Positions 34,589 through 34,811 of a stretch of 34,811 nt of DNA are shown here, in pieces. The notes beneath the pieces were generated by a model. That model searched no databases and was not told where the DNA came from. It saw only the letters and a list, made by a program, of their open reading frames with translations. How positions within the stretch are numbered: the stretch's first letter is position 1; every line of letters begins with the position of its first letter. Source of the stretch: a virus (taxonomy: Duplodnaviria; Caudoviricetes); IMG/VR virus record IMGVR_UViG_3300025018_000077, positions 1-34,811 of that record, one strand, 5' to 3'. The position numbers and the translations under genes were made by a program.

Positions 34589-34811
34589 TAGACAGATTTT
34601 ATACAACTTTTTTCCAAATAAGCAGATTGATTTACAGCGGAGACAAAGGAGCAGGCACAATGAGCCAAGTAGGAAGTATGAAAGCTCATATCCAACAAGC
34701 TGATAATGAGACGAAAGAACAAACTGCTAGTATGTTTACTTTGTCACACATTGTCTGGTGTCCGCTAGATACTGATATAGAAATTGGTGATCAGATTGTG
34801 GCCACTGGTAC
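34585..34811 (+). CDS. Head-closure protein, N-terminal part (continues to position 203)
   Basis: ATG 34585, MIDRFYTTFFQISR...; open to the end of the window. Confidence 0.8.
   Translation, partial: MIDRFYTTFFQISRLIYSGDKGAGTMSQVGSMKAHIQQADNETKEQTASMFTLSHIVWCPLDTDIEIGDQIVATG
34685..34811. repeat. Terminal direct repeat (copy 2)
   Basis: Identical to 1-127. Confidence 0.97.

Overview
The window is a complete circular temperate siphovirus genome of about 34,684 bp. Bases 1-127 repeat exactly at 34685-34811 (assembly overlap), and a head-closure gene runs across the junction. It is AT-rich, uses the standard genetic code and mostly lacks Shine-Dalgarno sites. Several cues suggest a Patescibacteria/CPR host (inference). 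Nearly all genes are on the + strand, in this order: neck and tail, tail fibres, C1-peptidase and holin, Xer-like tyrosine recombinase, a small HTH, early recombination/replication genes, a methyltransferase-LicD-GT2 module, terminase, portal, MuF, prohead protease and HK97-fold capsid. No CI-type repressor is recognisable. The most striking signals are non-coding. (1) A solitary, exact Cas12a crRNA handle (AATTTCTACTTTTGTAGAT, 29524-29542) sits in a promoter-to-terminator leader upstream of the portal gene, a candidate RNA anti-CRISPR. (2) Two structural-operon leaders share a covarying antiterminator hairpin that overlaps a terminator, and one lies directly behind a DUF2292/YezD-like gene. 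(3) A dif-like 11-6-11 site lies inside the early leader, together with boxA-like motifs and a P4-CI-like attenuation architecture. Also present are a GC-rich, SD-led cassette of Cys-rich microproteins, an anti-SD sRNA opposite a short peptide ORF, a probable portal-MuF frameshift and an unlisted L33-like zinc-ribbon gene. All protein family calls come from motif recognition by eye, not from database searches.
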